A stretch of 64,000 bases of DNA from Escherichia coli (GTDB taxonomy: Bacteria; Pseudomonadota; Gammaproteobacteria; Enterobacterales; Enterobacteriaceae). How positions within the stretch are numbered: position 1 is the stretch's first letter; each line of letters starts with the position of its first letter. The position numbers were made by a program, and so were the translations under genes. This document shows, piece after piece, positions 1 through 12,005 of the stretch. The stretch lies in NCBI RefSeq assembly GCF_044647545.1, contig NZ_CP172818.1, one strand, 5' to 3'. The notes beneath the pieces are model-generated. The model was not told the origin of the DNA, ran no database searches, and saw nothing but the letters and a program-made list of their open reading frames with translations.

Positions 1-139
1 AATGCAGCAGGCAGTTTTTATCTTTGGACAGCGAATTCAGAAGTATTTTTAGCGGGCTGCAACTTTTACATTTCAGCGGAAGCGGACTCGCAAATTTCCC
101 TTGAAAATACTCCGGCAGCGTTAGCTACCGGAGGGGGAA

Positions 140-913
140 TTATTTCAGCGATCCCTTAAGGAACTGTTGCAGACGAGGGCTTTGCGGGTTGCCAAATAAC
201 TGCTCCGGCGCGCCTTCTTCCTCTATTTTCCCCTGATGGAGAAAAATGACGTGAGTAGAAACATGGCGAGCAAAGCCCATTTCGTGGGTCACCACCACCA
301 TGGTTTTCCCCTCTTCTGCCAGTTGCTGCATAATACGCAACACTTCGCCTACCAGTTCAGGATCGAGCGCCGAGGTAGGTTCATCAAACAGTAAAACTTC
401 CGGTTCCATTGCCAGCGCCCTTGCGATGGAAACACGCTGTTGCTGACCGCCGGAAAGATGCACCGGATATTTCCCCTGCGCACGTTCGTCTATCCCGACT
501 TTCGCCAGATACTTCACCGCCCGCTCGCGCGCTTCCTGCTTGCTCAGGCCCAACACCTGAATCGGCGCTTCCATGACGTTTTCCAGCACCGTCATATGGC
601 TCCAGAGATTGAAGTGCTGGAATACCATCGTCAGGCGTGTGCGCAGTAAGCGCAGCTGATTTTTATCGGCGACTTTGAGTTGACCATCTTTGTCGCGCAC
701 CAGATTGATCGTCTGGCCATTGACCACGATCGATCCTTCGCTCGGTTTTTCGAGGAAGTTAATGCAGCGCAGAAAGGTACTTTTCCCCGATCCCGACGAT
801 CCGATGATACTTATGACATCTCCGGCATTCGCTTGCAATGAGACCCCTTTCAGCACTTCGTGTTCGCCGTAGCGTTTGTGCAAATCGATAACGTTTAATT
901 TATTCTCGGACAT
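140..913 (-). CDS. hisP: Histidine/lysine-arginine-ornithine ABC transporter ATP-binding protein
   Basis: 257-aa ORF with Walker A (GSSGSGKST), ABC signature (LSGGQQQR) and Walker B; first of hisJQMP order. Confidence 0.92.
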   Translation of the reverse strand: MSENKLNVIDLHKRYGEHEVLKGVSLQANAGDVISIIGSSGSGKSTFLRCINFLEKPSEGSIVVNGQTINLVRDKDGQLKVADKNQLRLLRTRLTMVFQHFNLWSHMTVLENVMEAPIQVLGLSKQEARERAVKYLAKVGIDERAQGKYPVHLSGGQQQRVSIARALAMEPEVLLFDEPTSALDPELVGEVLRIMQQLAEEGKTMVVVTHEMGFARHVSTHVIFLHQGKIEEEGAPEQLFGNPQSPRLQQFLKGSLK

Positions 914-920
914 CGTATTC

Positions 921-1637
921 TCAGTGCGTTGAAGAAGGTTTCACATGCTGCAACCAGCGTTTTTCAGCTCTGCGAAAGAGGCTGATCAGGACATAAGAGA
1001 TGATTAAATAGAGCACCGCGGCAATGCCGAAGGCGGTAAAAGGTTGATATGTGGCGGCGTTAATATCGCGGGCAATTTTCAGCAGATCCGGCACCGTGGC
1101 AGTAAATGCCAGCGCAGTAGAGTGCAGCATCAGGATCACTTCGTTGCTGTATGCCGGTAACGCAATACGCAGCGCAGAAGGCAAAATAATGCAGCGATAC
1201 ATTTTAAAGGTCGAGAAGCCATAGGCTCTGGCGGCTTCAATTTCCCCATGCGGCACTGAACGGATTGCCCCGGCAAAAATCTCGGTAGTGTAAGCGCAGG
1301 TGTTAAGCGTCAGCGCCAGCACGGTACAGTTCAGACCACTGCGAAAAAAGGCGTTAAGGAACTCGGTTCCCTTAACAATCTCCAGCGTGTACATGCCGGA
1401 ATAGAACACCAGCAACTGAACATACAGCGGCGTACCGCGAAAAATATAGGTAAATAACCAGATTGGAAACTGGATGTATTTATTACTTGAGACGCGACCA
1501 ATCGCCAGAAACAGCGCCAGAACTCCGCCTATCACTACCGACAAAATCAGCAGCCACAGGGTGATCGCCACGCCAGTAAAGCGATAACCGTCAGTCCACA
1601 GCAGTGGTTTCCAGTATTCATGTAAGATTTCGATCAC
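921..1637 (-). CDS. hisM: Histidine ABC transporter permease
   Basis: 238-aa multi-TM ORF adjacent to hisP; overlaps hisQ by 4 bp. Confidence 0.9.
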   Translation of the reverse strand: MIEILHEYWKPLLWTDGYRFTGVAITLWLLILSVVIGGVLALFLAIGRVSSNKYIQFPIWLFTYIFRGTPLYVQLLVFYSGMYTLEIVKGTEFLNAFFRSGLNCTVLALTLNTCAYTTEIFAGAIRSVPHGEIEAARAYGFSTFKMYRCIILPSALRIALPAYSNEVILMLHSTALAFTATVPDLLKIARDINAATYQPFTAFGIAAVLYLIISYVLISLFRRAEKRWLQHVKPSSTH

Positions 1638-2320
1638 AGGTCAGCCCTCTTCACACCCACGGAGTAGCGGCGTTCAAGGAACAGCAGCACACCATTGGAA
1701 ACGGTGGTGAAAACAAGATAAATCACGCCACAGACGATAGCGAAATAGAACGGTTCCCAGGTACTTTTGCCTGCCAGCTGCGTGGCTTTGACCACATCTT
1801 CCAGGCCGAGTAACGAAACCAGTGCGGTAGATTTGAGGATCACCTGCCAGTTGTTGCCAATGCCTGGCAGGGCGTAACGCATCATCGCCGGAAACATGAT
1901 CCGCCGAAACACTTGCCCACGAGTAAAACCGAACGCCGTCGCCGCCTCTATATGTCCTTTCGGCACTGCCATAAAAGCACCACGGAACGTTTCGGTAAAA
2001 TAAGCACCGTAGATAAAACCGAGAGTAATAATACCAGCGACCATCGGATCGATATCAATCTGCCCGACGCCCATCGCCTCCGTCACCGTGTTTAGTGCAA
2101 TCTGCAAACCGTAGAAAATTAGCAGCATCAACACCAAGTCCGGCACGCCTCGAATCAGCGTGGTGTACCCTTCGAAAATCAGCCCCGAAAGCCGATTTTG
2201 CGAGAGCTTACCGCCAGCGCCAATTAAACCGATGATTACAGCGAGCACTACAGAGCTGATAGCCAGCTCCAGCGTGACGAGCGCACCCTGTAAAATAACA
2301 CCTGAAAACCCATACAACAT
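1634..2320 (-). CDS. hisQ: Histidine ABC transporter permease
   Basis: 228-aa multi-TM permease ORF; operon position. Confidence 0.9.
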   Translation of the reverse strand: MLYGFSGVILQGALVTLELAISSVVLAVIIGLIGAGGKLSQNRLSGLIFEGYTTLIRGVPDLVLMLLIFYGLQIALNTVTEAMGVGQIDIDPMVAGIITLGFIYGAYFTETFRGAFMAVPKGHIEAATAFGFTRGQVFRRIMFPAMMRYALPGIGNNWQVILKSTALVSLLGLEDVVKATQLAGKSTWEPFYFAIVCGVIYLVFTTVSNGVLLFLERRYSVGVKRADL

Positions 2321-2409
2321 GCTGCCTGTCCTGTCGTGTGTGGTGAATTACCGCCTCTTGTCTCCCTCCGGTTACCCGAAGGGAGCGGGCTTTCTTTCAC
2401 CGATGGCGA

Positions 2410-3192
2410 TTAACCACCATAAACATCAAAATCGAAGTACTTTTTCGCTAATTTCTCGTAAGTACCGTCAGCGCGCATTTCGGCAAAGGCTTTGTTCAGT
2501 GCCTCGCGCAGTTCGTTATCTTCTTTACGCAGGCCCATGCCGGTCCCTACGCCAAACAGTTTTTCATCTTTAACAGACGGGCCACCGAATTTGTAATCTT
2601 TACCGACGGGTTGTTTGAGGAAACCTTCGCTGGCTGCGACCTCATCCTGGAACGCGGCATCAATACGTCCGGCAGTCAGGTCAGAATAAATATTGTCCTG
2701 CCCCTGATAAGAAACGATTTCAATGCCTTTTGGTGCCCAGTGTTCGTTACCGAACGTCTCCTGGGTGGTGCCCTGCAATACGCCTACCCGTTTGCCTTTC
2801 AGCGATTCGACTGTCGGCTGAATGTCGGAATTTTTCGCCACCACCAGACGAGAATCGGCAGCGTACAGTTTGTCGGTGAAGGCTATTTCTTGCTGACGTT
2901 TTTCCGTAATGGAAAGCGATGACATGATGGCGTCAATCTTCTTCGCTTTTAAGGACGGGATTAACGCATCCAGTGGGTTTTCGACAAACGTACATTGCGT
3001 ATTGATGCGTTTGCACAACTCCTTCGCCAGATCGATATCGAAGCCAACCAGTTCACCTTGTGAATTTTTTGATTCAAATGGCGCATAGGTCGGATCGGTA
3101 CCGATGCGGATGTTTTGCGGAATCGCAGCAAACGCCGCAGTTGCGCTGGAGAAGGCCAGAACCAGAGAGAGCGATAGCACCAGTTTTTTCAT
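2410..3192 (-). CDS. hisJ: Histidine-binding periplasmic protein
   Basis: 260-aa ORF with signal peptide; strongly similar to the adjacent argT product. Confidence 0.9.
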   Translation of the reverse strand: MKKLVLSLSLVLAFSSATAAFAAIPQNIRIGTDPTYAPFESKNSQGELVGFDIDLAKELCKRINTQCTFVENPLDALIPSLKAKKIDAIMSSLSITEKRQQEIAFTDKLYAADSRLVVAKNSDIQPTVESLKGKRVGVLQGTTQETFGNEHWAPKGIEIVSYQGQDNIYSDLTAGRIDAAFQDEVAASEGFLKQPVGKDYKFGGPSVKDEKLFGVGTGMGLRKEDNELREALNKAFAEMRADGTYEKLAKKYFDFDVYGG

Positions 3193-3337
3193 AATGTCCT
3201 CAACTGACAGTCTTTTTATAGGGAATATTTACAGGTTTGTTACACTTATCGTGCCATAAAATTGACCATCAAGGCAAAATATCCCGCCCCGTTAGACGTA
3301 TTATTTTTCATTAAAAATGCTTAAGTATGCATTTCAA

Positions 3338-3354
3338 TGCACCACGATAGTGCA
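3338..3354. promoter_or_regulatory. NtrC-like palindrome TGCACCAcgaTAGTGCA upstream of hisJ
   Basis: Close match to the NtrC consensus TGCACCA-N3-TGGTGCA; a second half-site-like GTGCACCATG lies about 10 bp downstream. Confidence 0.35.
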
Positions 3355-3412
3355 ACAAACCTGGCGTGCACCATGATGATCATTCCATCAGGTACAGCTT
3401 CCCTGCGACGTA

Positions 3413-4195
3413 TCAGTCACCGTAGACATTAAAGTCGAAATACTTTTTCGCCATCTTGTCGTAGGTGCCGTCCTGACGCAGCTCGTTAAGCGCCTTATTG
3501 AAGGCCGCCGTCAGTTCAGCATCATCTTTACGCAGCCCTACACCGGTGCCGTCACCGAAGTATTTTTTGTCTTTCACTGATGGGCCTGCAAAGGCGAAAT
3601 CTTTACCGGCGGGTTGCTTAAGGAAACCTTCGCTGGCAGCAACCTCATCTTGTAACGCAGCATCCAGGCGTCCTGCAGCCAGATCGGAATAGACCAAATC
3701 CTGGTTAGCATAGGCCACCACATCGACCCCCTTACTGCGCCAGTTATCATTGGCATACGCTTCCTGGGTTGATCCCTGCAGCACACCAACATGTTTACCT
3801 TTCAGTGAATCCAGCGTTGGCTGAATCGGTGAACCTTTGGCAGCAATCAGACGAGAGTCTGCGGCGTACAGCTTGTCGGAGAAAGCAATCTCCTGCTGAC
3901 GTTTATCGGTAATGGAAAGCGACGAAATAATGGCGTCGATTTTTTTCGCTTTCAGTGAGGGGATCAGCGCGTCAAAGTCACTGGCAACCCAGGTACATTT
4001 CACCTGCATCCGTTTGCACATCTCGTTACCGAGATCGATATCAAAGCCAACAAAGTCACCTTTGGCATCTTTCGATGAGAACGGCGCATAGGTGGTATCA
4101 GTTCCGATACGTACCGTCTCCGGTAGCGCCGCATAGCTGGAAGCCGCTGCGGAGAGACCGACTAACAAAGACAGAGCGAGAATCGACTTCTTCAT
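3413..4195 (-). CDS. argT: Lysine/arginine/ornithine-binding periplasmic protein
   Basis: 260-aa ORF with signal peptide; paralog of hisJ immediately upstream. Confidence 0.9.
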   Translation of the reverse strand: MKKSILALSLLVGLSAAASSYAALPETVRIGTDTTYAPFSSKDAKGDFVGFDIDLGNEMCKRMQVKCTWVASDFDALIPSLKAKKIDAIISSLSITDKRQQEIAFSDKLYAADSRLIAAKGSPIQPTLDSLKGKHVGVLQGSTQEAYANDNWRSKGVDVVAYANQDLVYSDLAAGRLDAALQDEVAASEGFLKQPAGKDFAFAGPSVKDKKYFGDGTGVGLRKDDAELTAAFNKALNELRQDGTYDKMAKKYFDFNVYGD

Positions 4196-4263
4196 ACATA
4201 ACCCTCAAGTGAAAATGGCTTTTTTATGTTGTGTATTGTGTTGTGTGTTTGCAGGCTCTTTCA

Positions 4264-4279
4264 TGCAGGTCTTATGCCA
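4264..4279 (-). promoter_or_regulatory. Candidate sigma-54 promoter (TGGCAT-N5-CTGCA) upstream of argT
   Basis: Reverse complement reads tggcataagacctgca, matching the -24 GG / -12 GC spacing, about 70 bp upstream of the argT start. Confidence 0.55.
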
Positions 4280-4460
4280 TCTTGACGACAACAGTAACAT
4301 TCAACGTTAAATATGTTAATAAGACGTTGCATTATTGTCCTGAAGTTGAAGATAGCAGGTATAGCGGTTGAATCGCAGCGTTTCGATTGAATGGCAGAAA
4401 CAAAATGTCGAGGATTTGATCGCGGTTGCAAAATTGCCCTGAAACAGGGCAACAGCGGAG

Positions 4461-5030
4461 TTATGCGCCCTGCCAGCGGGCAAAGAGATCTTCAGGAAGC
4501 GTTATGGCGAATTGATCGAGTACACGGTTAACCGTCTGATTTATCACATCATCAAGGGATTGCGGGCGATGATAAAACGCCGGAACGGGAGGCATAATCA
4601 CCGCACCGATTTCTGCTGCCTGAGTCATTAAACGCAGATGGCCTAAGTGCAATGGTGTTTCACGTACGCAGAGCACCAACGGGCGACGCTCTTTCAGCAC
4701 AACATCTGCCGCACGGGTCAGTAAGCCATCAGTATAGCTATGGACAATGCCGGACAGGGTTTTGATTGAACAGGGTAAAATCACCATCCCCAGTGTCTGG
4801 AAAGAACCGGAAGAAATGCTGGCAGCAATATCGCGCGCATCGTGCGTCACATCGGCTAATGCCTGCACTTCGCGCAGGGAAAAATCCGTTTCGAGGGATA
4901 AGGTCTGGCGCGCGGCCTGGCTCATCACCAAATGCGTTTCAACATCTGCGACATCGCGCAGAACCTGTAATAAGCGCACGCCATAAATCGCGCCGCTGGC
5001 ACCGCTGATGCCTACAATGAGTCGTTTCAT
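4461..5030 (-). CDS. ubiX: Flavin prenyltransferase UbiX
   Basis: 189-aa ORF, flavoprotein fold (MKRLIVGISGASGAIYG). Confidence 0.9.
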   Translation of the reverse strand: MKRLIVGISGASGAIYGVRLLQVLRDVADVETHLVMSQAARQTLSLETDFSLREVQALADVTHDARDIAASISSGSFQTLGMVILPCSIKTLSGIVHSYTDGLLTRAADVVLKERRPLVLCVRETPLHLGHLRLMTQAAEIGAVIMPPVPAFYHRPQSLDDVINQTVNRVLDQFAITLPEDLFARWQGA

Positions 5031-5124
5031 AAATAGTTGCCCTGTCAGACTTGCAGGCAGACTTTGCAGGATTTCGGCGGGAGTTGCAAGTCAGGGTGCC
5101 AGACCGGCACCCTGAGCGAAGGCA

Positions 5125-6642
5125 TCATCCTTCGTTATGCATTTCGAGATTTTCCACTTCGTTCTGACGTTGCACGGCTTTGGCGTCGTCATTACGTAAC
5201 GTATCGAGGAAATCGAGGTAGCCCTGATCAACATCTTTGGTGACGTAGACGCCGTTGAACACCGAGCATTCAAACTGCTGGATATCCGGGTTTTCAGCGC
5301 GAACGGCTTCGATCAAATCGTTCAGATCCTGGAAAATCAACCCGTCAGCACCGATGATCTGGCGAATTTCATCTACTTCACGACCGTGAGCGATAAGCTC
5401 CGTAGCGCTCGGCATATCGATACCGTAAACGTTCGGGAAGCGAATTTCCGGTGCCGCAGAAGCGAGGTACACTTTCTTCGCTCCGGCTTCGCGTGCCATC
5501 TCGATAATCTGCTCAGAAGTGGTGCCACGGACGATGGAGTCGTCGACCAGCAGGACGTTTTTATCGCGGAACTCGGCGCGGTTGGCGTTCAGTTTACGGC
5601 GCACGGACTTACGACGCAGCTGCTGACCCGGCATGATGAAGGTGCGGCCAACATAGCGGTTTTTAACGAAGCCCTGGCGGTACGGTTTGCCCAGAATACG
5701 CGCAATTTCCAGCGCGATATCACACGAGGTTTCCGGAATAGGGATCACCACGTCGATATCCAGATCTTCCCATTCGCGGGCAATTTTCTCGCCCAGTTTG
5801 GTGCCCATATTCACGCGCGCACTGTAAACGGAAATTTTGTCGATGAACGAGTCCGGGCGGGCAAAGTATACATACTCAAACAGGCACGGATTGCTGACCG
5901 GATTGTCAGCACATTGACGGGTAAACAACTGCCCTTCTTCAGTGATGTAAATCGCTTCGCCCGGCGCGACGTCACGCAGGAAATCAAAGCCCAGCGTATC
6001 GAGCGCAACGCTTTCGGAAGCGACCATATATTCTGTGCGGTTCTCGTCAATATCACGTTTTCCCAGTACCAGCGGACGAATCCCGTTAGGATCGCGGAAA
6101 GCAACCATACCGTGGCCGATGATCATCGCCACACAGGCATACGCGCCGCGGATTAAGCGGTTTGTAGCAGCGATGGCGGCGAAAATGTTGTCGGCTTCCA
6201 GCGGGTAGTGGCGGAAGTTGTCCAGTTCGCTGGCAAAGATATTAAGCAGAATTTCCGAGTCGGAAGTGGTGTTGATGTGGCGGCGTTTTTCTTCAAACAG
6301 TTTTTTACGCAACTCGTGAGCGTTGGTCAGATTGCCGTTGTGGGCAAGCGTAATGCCATACGGAGAGTTAACGTAAAACGGCTGCGCTTCAGAGGCGCTG
6401 GAGCTACCAGCCGTAGGGTAACGCACATGACCAATGCCCATATTGCCCTGCAAACGCTGCATATGGCGAGCTTCAAATACATCACTCACCAGCCCGTTCG
6501 CTTTACGCAAACGGAAGCAGTTATTGGCATCTATGGTGATGATGCCGGCGGCATCCTGACCGCGATGCTGAAGCACCGTTAAGGCATCATAAATCGACTG
6601 GTTAACCGGCATAACACCGGCGATACCGACAATACCGCACAT
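5125..6642 (-). CDS. purF: Amidophosphoribosyltransferase
   Basis: 505-aa ORF beginning MCGIVGI (N-terminal Cys nucleophile) with PRTase motif. Confidence 0.95.
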   Translation of the reverse strand: MCGIVGIAGVMPVNQSIYDALTVLQHRGQDAAGIITIDANNCFRLRKANGLVSDVFEARHMQRLQGNMGIGHVRYPTAGSSSASEAQPFYVNSPYGITLAHNGNLTNAHELRKKLFEEKRRHINTTSDSEILLNIFASELDNFRHYPLEADNIFAAIAATNRLIRGAYACVAMIIGHGMVAFRDPNGIRPLVLGKRDIDENRTEYMVASESVALDTLGFDFLRDVAPGEAIYITEEGQLFTRQCADNPVSNPCLFEYVYFARPDSFIDKISVYSARVNMGTKLGEKIAREWEDLDIDVVIPIPETSCDIALEIARILGKPYRQGFVKNRYVGRTFIMPGQQLRRKSVRRKLNANRAEFRDKNVLLVDDSIVRGTTSEQIIEMAREAGAKKVYLASAAPEIRFPNVYGIDMPSATELIAHGREVDEIRQIIGADGLIFQDLNDLIEAVRAENPDIQQFECSVFNGVYVTKDVDQGYLDFLDTLRNDDAKAVQRQNEVENLEMHNEG

Positions 6643-6678
6643 ACGTCTTTTTCCTCGTTAAGCCACATCTCAGAGCAC

Positions 6679-7167
6679 TTACGCTCTGGGCAAGAAACTT
6701 GACGAGCTTTGCAGATAATCAAAAAACCATCTGATGATAAAACTGAACTGCGGGATCAGCTGTGATTTGCTCCAGTCTTCGCTTTTCGACACCCCGGTAA
6801 AGGAGTCGAGAAAGAAGAGAATGGCAGCAACAATCAACACACCGCGCAACGCACCGAAACAGACGCCCAACACCCGATCGGTGCCTGACAACCCCGTTTT
6901 CTCCACCAACTGGCCTATCACGAAGTTCACGATAGCACCAACGATCAGGGTAGCGATAAACAGTACCGCGATGGCAATCCCATTTCGAACCAGTTCGTCT
7001 TCAAAGCCCGTAAACCAGACTGACAGGTAAGTGTAGTAATGACTGGCAACAAAGAAAGCACAACCCCATGTCACCAGCGATAACGCTTCACGAACAAAGC
7101 CGCGGATCAGGCTAACCAGAGAGGAAAAAGCAATCACCGCGATTATGGCGTAATCAATCCAGACCAT
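6679..7167 (-). CDS. cvpA: Colicin V production membrane protein CvpA
   Basis: 162-aa multi-TM ORF immediately upstream of purF. Confidence 0.9.
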   Translation of the reverse strand: MVWIDYAIIAVIAFSSLVSLIRGFVREALSLVTWGCAFFVASHYYTYLSVWFTGFEDELVRNGIAIAVLFIATLIVGAIVNFVIGQLVEKTGLSGTDRVLGVCFGALRGVLIVAAILFFLDSFTGVSKSEDWSKSQLIPQFSFIIRWFFDYLQSSSSFLPRA

Positions 7168-7225
7168 ATGTGTCCCACGATTTTACGCCCTGTCATCCTG
7201 TTCGGGGCGCATTCTAACAGAAAAA

Positions 7226-7241
7226 GAAAACGTTTGCGTAG
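7226..7241. promoter_or_regulatory. PurR box (gaaaACGTTTGCGTa) in the cvpA-purF promoter region
   Basis: Matches the PurR operator consensus ACGCAAACGTTTTC in reverse complement, upstream of cvpA. Confidence 0.6.
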
Positions 7242-7306
7242 GGATTTCCTTCCCACGCATCAATAAAAATGGCGCTGAAAAAATATTCAACGCCATCGAC
7301 TTTTTA

Positions 7307-7396
7307 TGCCTTTGCGGCATCGGGCAATGCGTGTCGGATGCGGCGTGAACGCCTTATCTGTACCAGATAAGACGCGTTAGTATCGCATCAGGCAAG
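7307..7396. repeat. REP/BIME-type extragenic palindromes between dedD and cvpA
   Basis: Contains tcggatgcggcgtgaacgccttatctg and an inverted second copy, both resembling the REP consensus gccggatgcggcgtgaacgccttatccggc. Confidence 0.6.
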
Positions 7397-7402
7397 ACCA
7401 TA

Positions 7403-8071
7403 TTAATTCGGTGTATAACCCATTACCACGCCGCTTAAGCCAGAAAGTTGCTTCAACTCACCCAGCGAACCTTTCAGCTTATCTTTCGAGGCATCCGGCC
7501 CAACCAGAATACGGGTAATTTTACCCTGCACTGGCGTGGATGGCGACGTATAAACCCGATAACCGGCACCGCGCAGCTTACCGACAATCTCATTCACTTT
7601 ATCGGCATTTTTCAGCGCCCCCAGTTGTACAACATAGGCTTTACCCGTTGGCGCTGCTTTTTCTTCCACGACCGGCTTCGGCGCAGGTGGTGCTTCAACC
7701 TTCGGTTTCGGCGGCTCCACCGGTTTCGGCTTCGGTGGGGCGACCGGTGCAGGTTCCGGTTCAAACTCGGTGTTATTGGCTGCAATAGTGGCCGGATCGA
7801 GCGACGGTGCTGCGGCATCACCTGCCCGCACCTCTTCCGCTGCGCCTTCCGGCGGCTGCGTCGGCAACGCCTGAGTGGCGGCTGGCATCATATCAGGCTC
7901 ATCGCGATCGCCCGCTTTCGGCACCAGCGGGATAGCCGCGAACTCATCCTGATAATGTTTTTTCTGCCCGTCCAGCAGCCCTGGAAGTACTATCACCCCC
8001 AGCGCCACCAGCACGATCGTGCCCACTAACCGATTCTGAAACTTACTTGCCACCGCTTCTCCTCGCGTCAA
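7403..8071 (-). CDS. dedD: Cell division SPOR-domain protein DedD
   Basis: ORF with N-terminal TM segment, Pro/Ala-rich linker and C-terminal SPOR-like domain; true start uncertain (ORF begins at TTG; a GTG lies at 8053). Confidence 0.8.
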   Translation of the reverse strand: MTRGEAVASKFQNRLVGTIVLVALGVIVLPGLLDGQKKHYQDEFAAIPLVPKAGDRDEPDMMPAATQALPTQPPEGAAEEVRAGDAAAPSLDPATIAANNTEFEPEPAPVAPPKPKPVEPPKPKVEAPPAPKPVVEEKAAPTGKAYVVQLGALKNADKVNEIVGKLRGAGYRVYTSPSTPVQGKITRILVGPDASKDKLKGSLGELKQLSGLSGVVMGYTPN

Positions 8072-9311
8072 TCACTTCCATGACATGTGCGACCGTGTGG
8101 AACGAACCACACACCAGCACGGTATCTTCCGCTTTAGCGTCCGCCATTGCGGCATCCCATGCCTGCGCCACGCTATCAAATGATTTGCCGTTACCCAAAT
8201 GCTCAAGCAGTTGTTCTGCCGTGGCACCGCGCGGCCCTTCCAGTGGCGCACAATACCAGTCATCAACCACGCTTTTCAACCAGGCCAGAGTTCCGGCAAT
8301 ATCTTTATCATGTAGCATACCGATAACCGCCAGCACGCGCCCGTTTTTCGGTAGCGCTTTCATACGCCCGGTGAGATATTCCGCCGCATGTGGATTATGC
8401 GCGACATCAAAAATAACGCGTGGCGACTCGCTCACAATCTGGAAACGTCCCGGCAAAATTGCGCTGGCAATCCCGTCGCGAATGGCATTTTCACTGACCT
8501 CCAGCCCGCTGGCACGCAGTGCCGCCAGCGCCGTTGCGGCATTCGGTTGTGGGACAAGCGGCAACGGCAGATTTTCCAGCGTGCCGTGAGCATCGCTAAA
8601 CGTCCAGTCATGATCGGTGACGGAATAGTTCCACTCAACGCCCCGACGTTGTAGCAGTGCACCTTTTTCCTGCGCCACATCAGCAATGGTAGAAGGCATT
8701 TCCGGCTCACCGACAATTGCCGGTTTTTCGCTGCGGAAGATGCCTGCTTTCTCGCGACCAATACTTTCGCGATCTGGCCCCAGCCAGTCGGTATGATCCA
8801 GCGCAATGCTGGTTACTACCGCGACATCGGCATCGACAATATTGGTTGCGTCCAGACGACCGCCCAGCCCTACTTCCAGAATCACCACGTCAAGTTGTGC
8901 CTGTTTGAACAGCCACAACGCCGACAGCGTACCGTACTCGAAATAGGTCAGGGAAATATCACCGCGTGCCGATTCAATCTCCGCAAAAGAGGCGGTGTGG
9001 GCCGATTCCGGCAATTCCTGGCCCTGCACACGTACGCGCTCGGTATAACGCACCAGATGCGGCGAACTGTAGACGCCCACGTTGTACCCTGCCGCCATCA
9101 GAATCGACTCCAGCGTACGGCAGGTGGTGCCTTTGCCATTCGTGCCCGCAACGGTAAACACAAATGGCGCTGGTTTCAGAACGCCAAGACGCGCCGCGAC
9201 CTGGCTCACGCGCTCAAGGCCGAGATCGATAGTTTTACTGTGCAGGTTTTCCAGATAAGAAAGCCACGAAGCCAGAGGCGACGCGGCTTGAGGAGTGCGT
9301 TTGATAATCAT
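8043..9311 (-). CDS. folC: Bifunctional folylpolyglutamate synthase / dihydrofolate synthase
   Basis: 422-aa ORF with Mur-ligase type P-loop (GTNGKGTT). Confidence 0.9.
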   Translation of the reverse strand: MIIKRTPQAASPLASWLSYLENLHSKTIDLGLERVSQVAARLGVLKPAPFVFTVAGTNGKGTTCRTLESILMAAGYNVGVYSSPHLVRYTERVRVQGQELPESAHTASFAEIESARGDISLTYFEYGTLSALWLFKQAQLDVVILEVGLGGRLDATNIVDADVAVVTSIALDHTDWLGPDRESIGREKAGIFRSEKPAIVGEPEMPSTIADVAQEKGALLQRRGVEWNYSVTDHDWTFSDAHGTLENLPLPLVPQPNAATALAALRASGLEVSENAIRDGIASAILPGRFQIVSESPRVIFDVAHNPHAAEYLTGRMKALPKNGRVLAVIGMLHDKDIAGTLAWLKSVVDDWYCAPLEGPRGATAEQLLEHLGNGKSFDSVAQAWDAAMADAKAEDTVLVCGSFHTVAHVMEVIDARRSGGK

Positions 9312-9380
9312 GGTATCCGCTGATTCGTTACGGTGAGAATAGCAAAAGGGCAGAGCCAGTGGCCCTGCCCTTATCAGTTA

Positions 9381-10295
9381 TCAGGCCTCAGGTTCCTGAT
9401 CTGGTACCGGTGGCACCACTACGCCTTCACGCGGCGCTTCAGGATTCGGCGCTGGCAGATTCATCAACTTCGCCAGAATACTCGCCAGTTTCAGGCGCAT
9501 TTCCGGACGACGGACGATCATGTCGATCGCGCCTTTCTCGATCAGGAATTCACTGCGCTGGAATCCTGGCGGCAGTTTTTCGCGAACGGTCTGTTCGATA
9601 ACACGCGGACCGGCAAAGCCGATTAACGCTTTCGGTTCAGCGATGTTGAGATCGCCCAGCATGGCGAAACTTGCAGAAACACCACCCATGGTCGGGTCGG
9701 TCAGCACGGAGATGTACGGCAAGCCGCGCTCCTGCATTTTTGCCAGCGCCGCAGAGGTTTTCGCCATCTGCATCAGCGACATCAGTGCTTCCTGCATACG
9801 TGCGCCACCAGAGGCGGAGAAGCAGATCAGTGGGCAGTTATCTTCCAGCGCCTGCTCAACGGCACGCACGAAACGTGCACCTACCACAGACCCCATGGAA
9901 CCGCCCATAAAGGCGAACTCGAATGCCGCAGCGACAACCGGCATTCCATACAGGGTGCCTTTCATCACCACCAGCGCATCTTTTTCGCCGGTTTCTTTCT
10001 GCGCAGATGCCAGACGGTCTTTATACTTCTTGGAGTCACGAAACTTCAGCACATCTTTCGGCTCAAGCTCGCTACCCAGCTCCACAAGGCTTCCTTCATC
10101 TAACAGGCTATGCAGGCGATTACGCGCTGTCATACGCATGTGATGGTCACACTTCGGACAGACCTCAAGATTACGTTCCAGCTCAGCGCGGTATAAAACC
10201 TGACCGCAGCTATCACACTTAGTCCACACCCCTTCAGGAATGCTCGCCTTGCGGGTGGGAGTAATGTTGCTTTTAATTCGTTCAATCCAGCTCAT
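9381..10295 (-). CDS. accD: Acetyl-CoA carboxylase carboxyltransferase beta subunit
   Basis: Zn-ribbon CxxC...CxxC N-terminus followed by carboxyltransferase domain; ATG at 10295 (MSWIERIK) gives 304 aa, the track ORF carries an upstream extension. Confidence 0.9.
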
Positions 10296-10450
10296 TAGGG
10301 ACCTTTCTGTCTGAACCTGGTTCGATGCCAGTTTTATCTTTGGGGACGCATAATGCCATTTTTGCCCCCAACAGACCATGAATGTTGCACATTAAAACAT
10401 AACAGCCCGAAACTTTGGATAAAAAAGTGGTCGAACCGCGGAGTTACTTT

Positions 10451-11110
10451 TTATTTTGCGGCGCGTGCCGCAGCGCGTTTGTGGCGAATAAATTCGAAAA
10501 CACCTGGCAATATTGAAACAAAAATAATGCCAACAATCATCAGTTTAAGGTTGCTCTGAATGAAGGGGAGCGTTCCGAAGAAATAACCCGCGTAGGTAAA
10601 AATCAGTACCCATAGCAACGCGCCGATGACGTTAAAAGCGGCGAAATGACGGTACGACATGTGGCCCATTCCCGCAACAAACGGCGCGAACGTTCTGACG
10701 ATCGGCACAAAACGGGCGAGAATAATCGTTTTGCCGCCATGTTTCTCATAAAACTGATGGGTTTTGTCGAGATAACTGCGACGAAAGATTTTCGAATCCG
10801 GATTACTGAACAGTTTGTCACCAAATAACCGTCCAATGGTGTAGTTCACCGCGTCACCCACAATCGCGGCGATCAGCATCAGCACCACCATCATATGGAC
10901 GTTGAGATCGTTGGTTTCCAGTGATGCCAACGCACCGGCAACAAACAGCAATGAATCACCCGGTAAAAACGGCGTTACCACCAGACCGGTTTCACAGAAC
11001 AAAATTAAGAACAAAATGGCATAAACCCAGACGCCATACTCCGCGACCAGTTCTGCCAGATGCACGTCAATGTGCAGGATAAAATCGATGAGGAAATAAA
11101 TCAGGTCCAT
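10451..11110 (-). CDS. dedA: DedA-family inner membrane protein
   Basis: 219-aa multi-TM ORF. Confidence 0.85.
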   Translation of the reverse strand: MDLIYFLIDFILHIDVHLAELVAEYGVWVYAILFLILFCETGLVVTPFLPGDSLLFVAGALASLETNDLNVHMMVVLMLIAAIVGDAVNYTIGRLFGDKLFSNPDSKIFRRSYLDKTHQFYEKHGGKTIILARFVPIVRTFAPFVAGMGHMSYRHFAAFNVIGALLWVLIFTYAGYFFGTLPFIQSNLKLMIVGIIFVSILPGVFEFIRHKRAAARAAK

Positions 11111-11192
11111 ATTTGCCTATGCCTTGTACTCGTCATCTATCAGGCTGTAACTACGTTGGCTACAGCCTGAAATGTTCCGAGCATTATTCTCG

Positions 11193-12005
11193 TTAGTCCG
11201 CCAGAAATAGCGGGCCCATTGGCGGTTTTGGAAGATCATACCGGTCAGGGTAATCCACCGCGACCAGATACAGCCCTTCCGCTTTTGCCGTTGCTGCCGC
11301 CAGCGTTCTGTCCTTTGCCGCTAGCAACTCTGCTATCCAGCTCTCCGGCTGGTTGTGGGCACCGACTTCCATCAGGCTGCCGACAATATTCCTGACCATA
11401 TGATGTACAAAGGCATTCGCTTTGATATCTACCACCACATAAGGACCGTGACGCGTGACATTAATATGCATAACGTTGCGCCACGGGGTCCGGGACTGAC
11501 ACTGCACCGCACGGAACGAGGTGAAATCATTCTCGCCCAGCAAGCATTGCGCAGCCCGATGCATCCGTTCAGCGTCCAGCGGTTCGTAAAAATGGGTTAC
11601 CCCTTTACTCAGTACCGCCGGGCGCAGCCGATGATTGTAGATGATGTAGCGATAACGGCGAGCCGTGGCGCTAAATCGGGCATGAAAATCATCAGGTACA
11701 GCTTTAACCCAACGCACGGCGATGTCACCAGGTAAATTCGCATTTACGCCCAACGTCCACGCAGCGTCTTTGCGCTGCGCGGTCGTTTCGAAATGCACTA
11801 CCTGCCCGGTGCCGTGTACACCTGCGTCAGTACGCCCGGCGCAGAAGACGGTGATGGGTTCGTTCGCCACCTGGGAGAGCGCCTTTTCCAGCTTCTCCTG
11901 CACACTGCGTACTTCATTCTGCCGTTGCCAGCCGTAATACTTACTGCCGTCGTACTCAATGCCCAGCGCAATTTTATAAACTGGCGGTTGTTGCTGGTCG
12001 GACAT
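11193..12005 (-). CDS. truA: tRNA pseudouridine(38-40) synthase
   Basis: 270-aa ORF; overlaps usg stop. Confidence 0.9.
   Translation of the reverse strand: MSDQQQPPVYKIALGIEYDGSKYYGWQRQNEVRSVQEKLEKALSQVANEPITVFCAGRTDAGVHGTGQVVHFETTAQRKDAAWTLGVNANLPGDIAVRWVKAVPDDFHARFSATARRYRYIIYNHRLRPAVLSKGVTHFYEPLDAERMHRAAQCLLGENDFTSFRAVQCQSRTPWRNVMHINVTRHGPYVVVDIKANAFVHHMVRNIVGSLMEVGAHNQPESWIAELLAAKDRTLAAATAKAEGLYLVAVDYPDRYDLPKPPMGPLFLAD

Noticed and set aside
5386-6156. 256-aa plus-strand ORF inside purF
   Set aside because: Lies antisense within a highly conserved gene; Arg/His-rich low-complexity translation typical of a shadow ORF on the opposite strand of a GC-rich gene.
7448-8029. 193-aa ORF antisense to dedD
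   Set aside because: Arg-rich mirror of the Pro/Ala-rich dedD linker; no independent coding signal.
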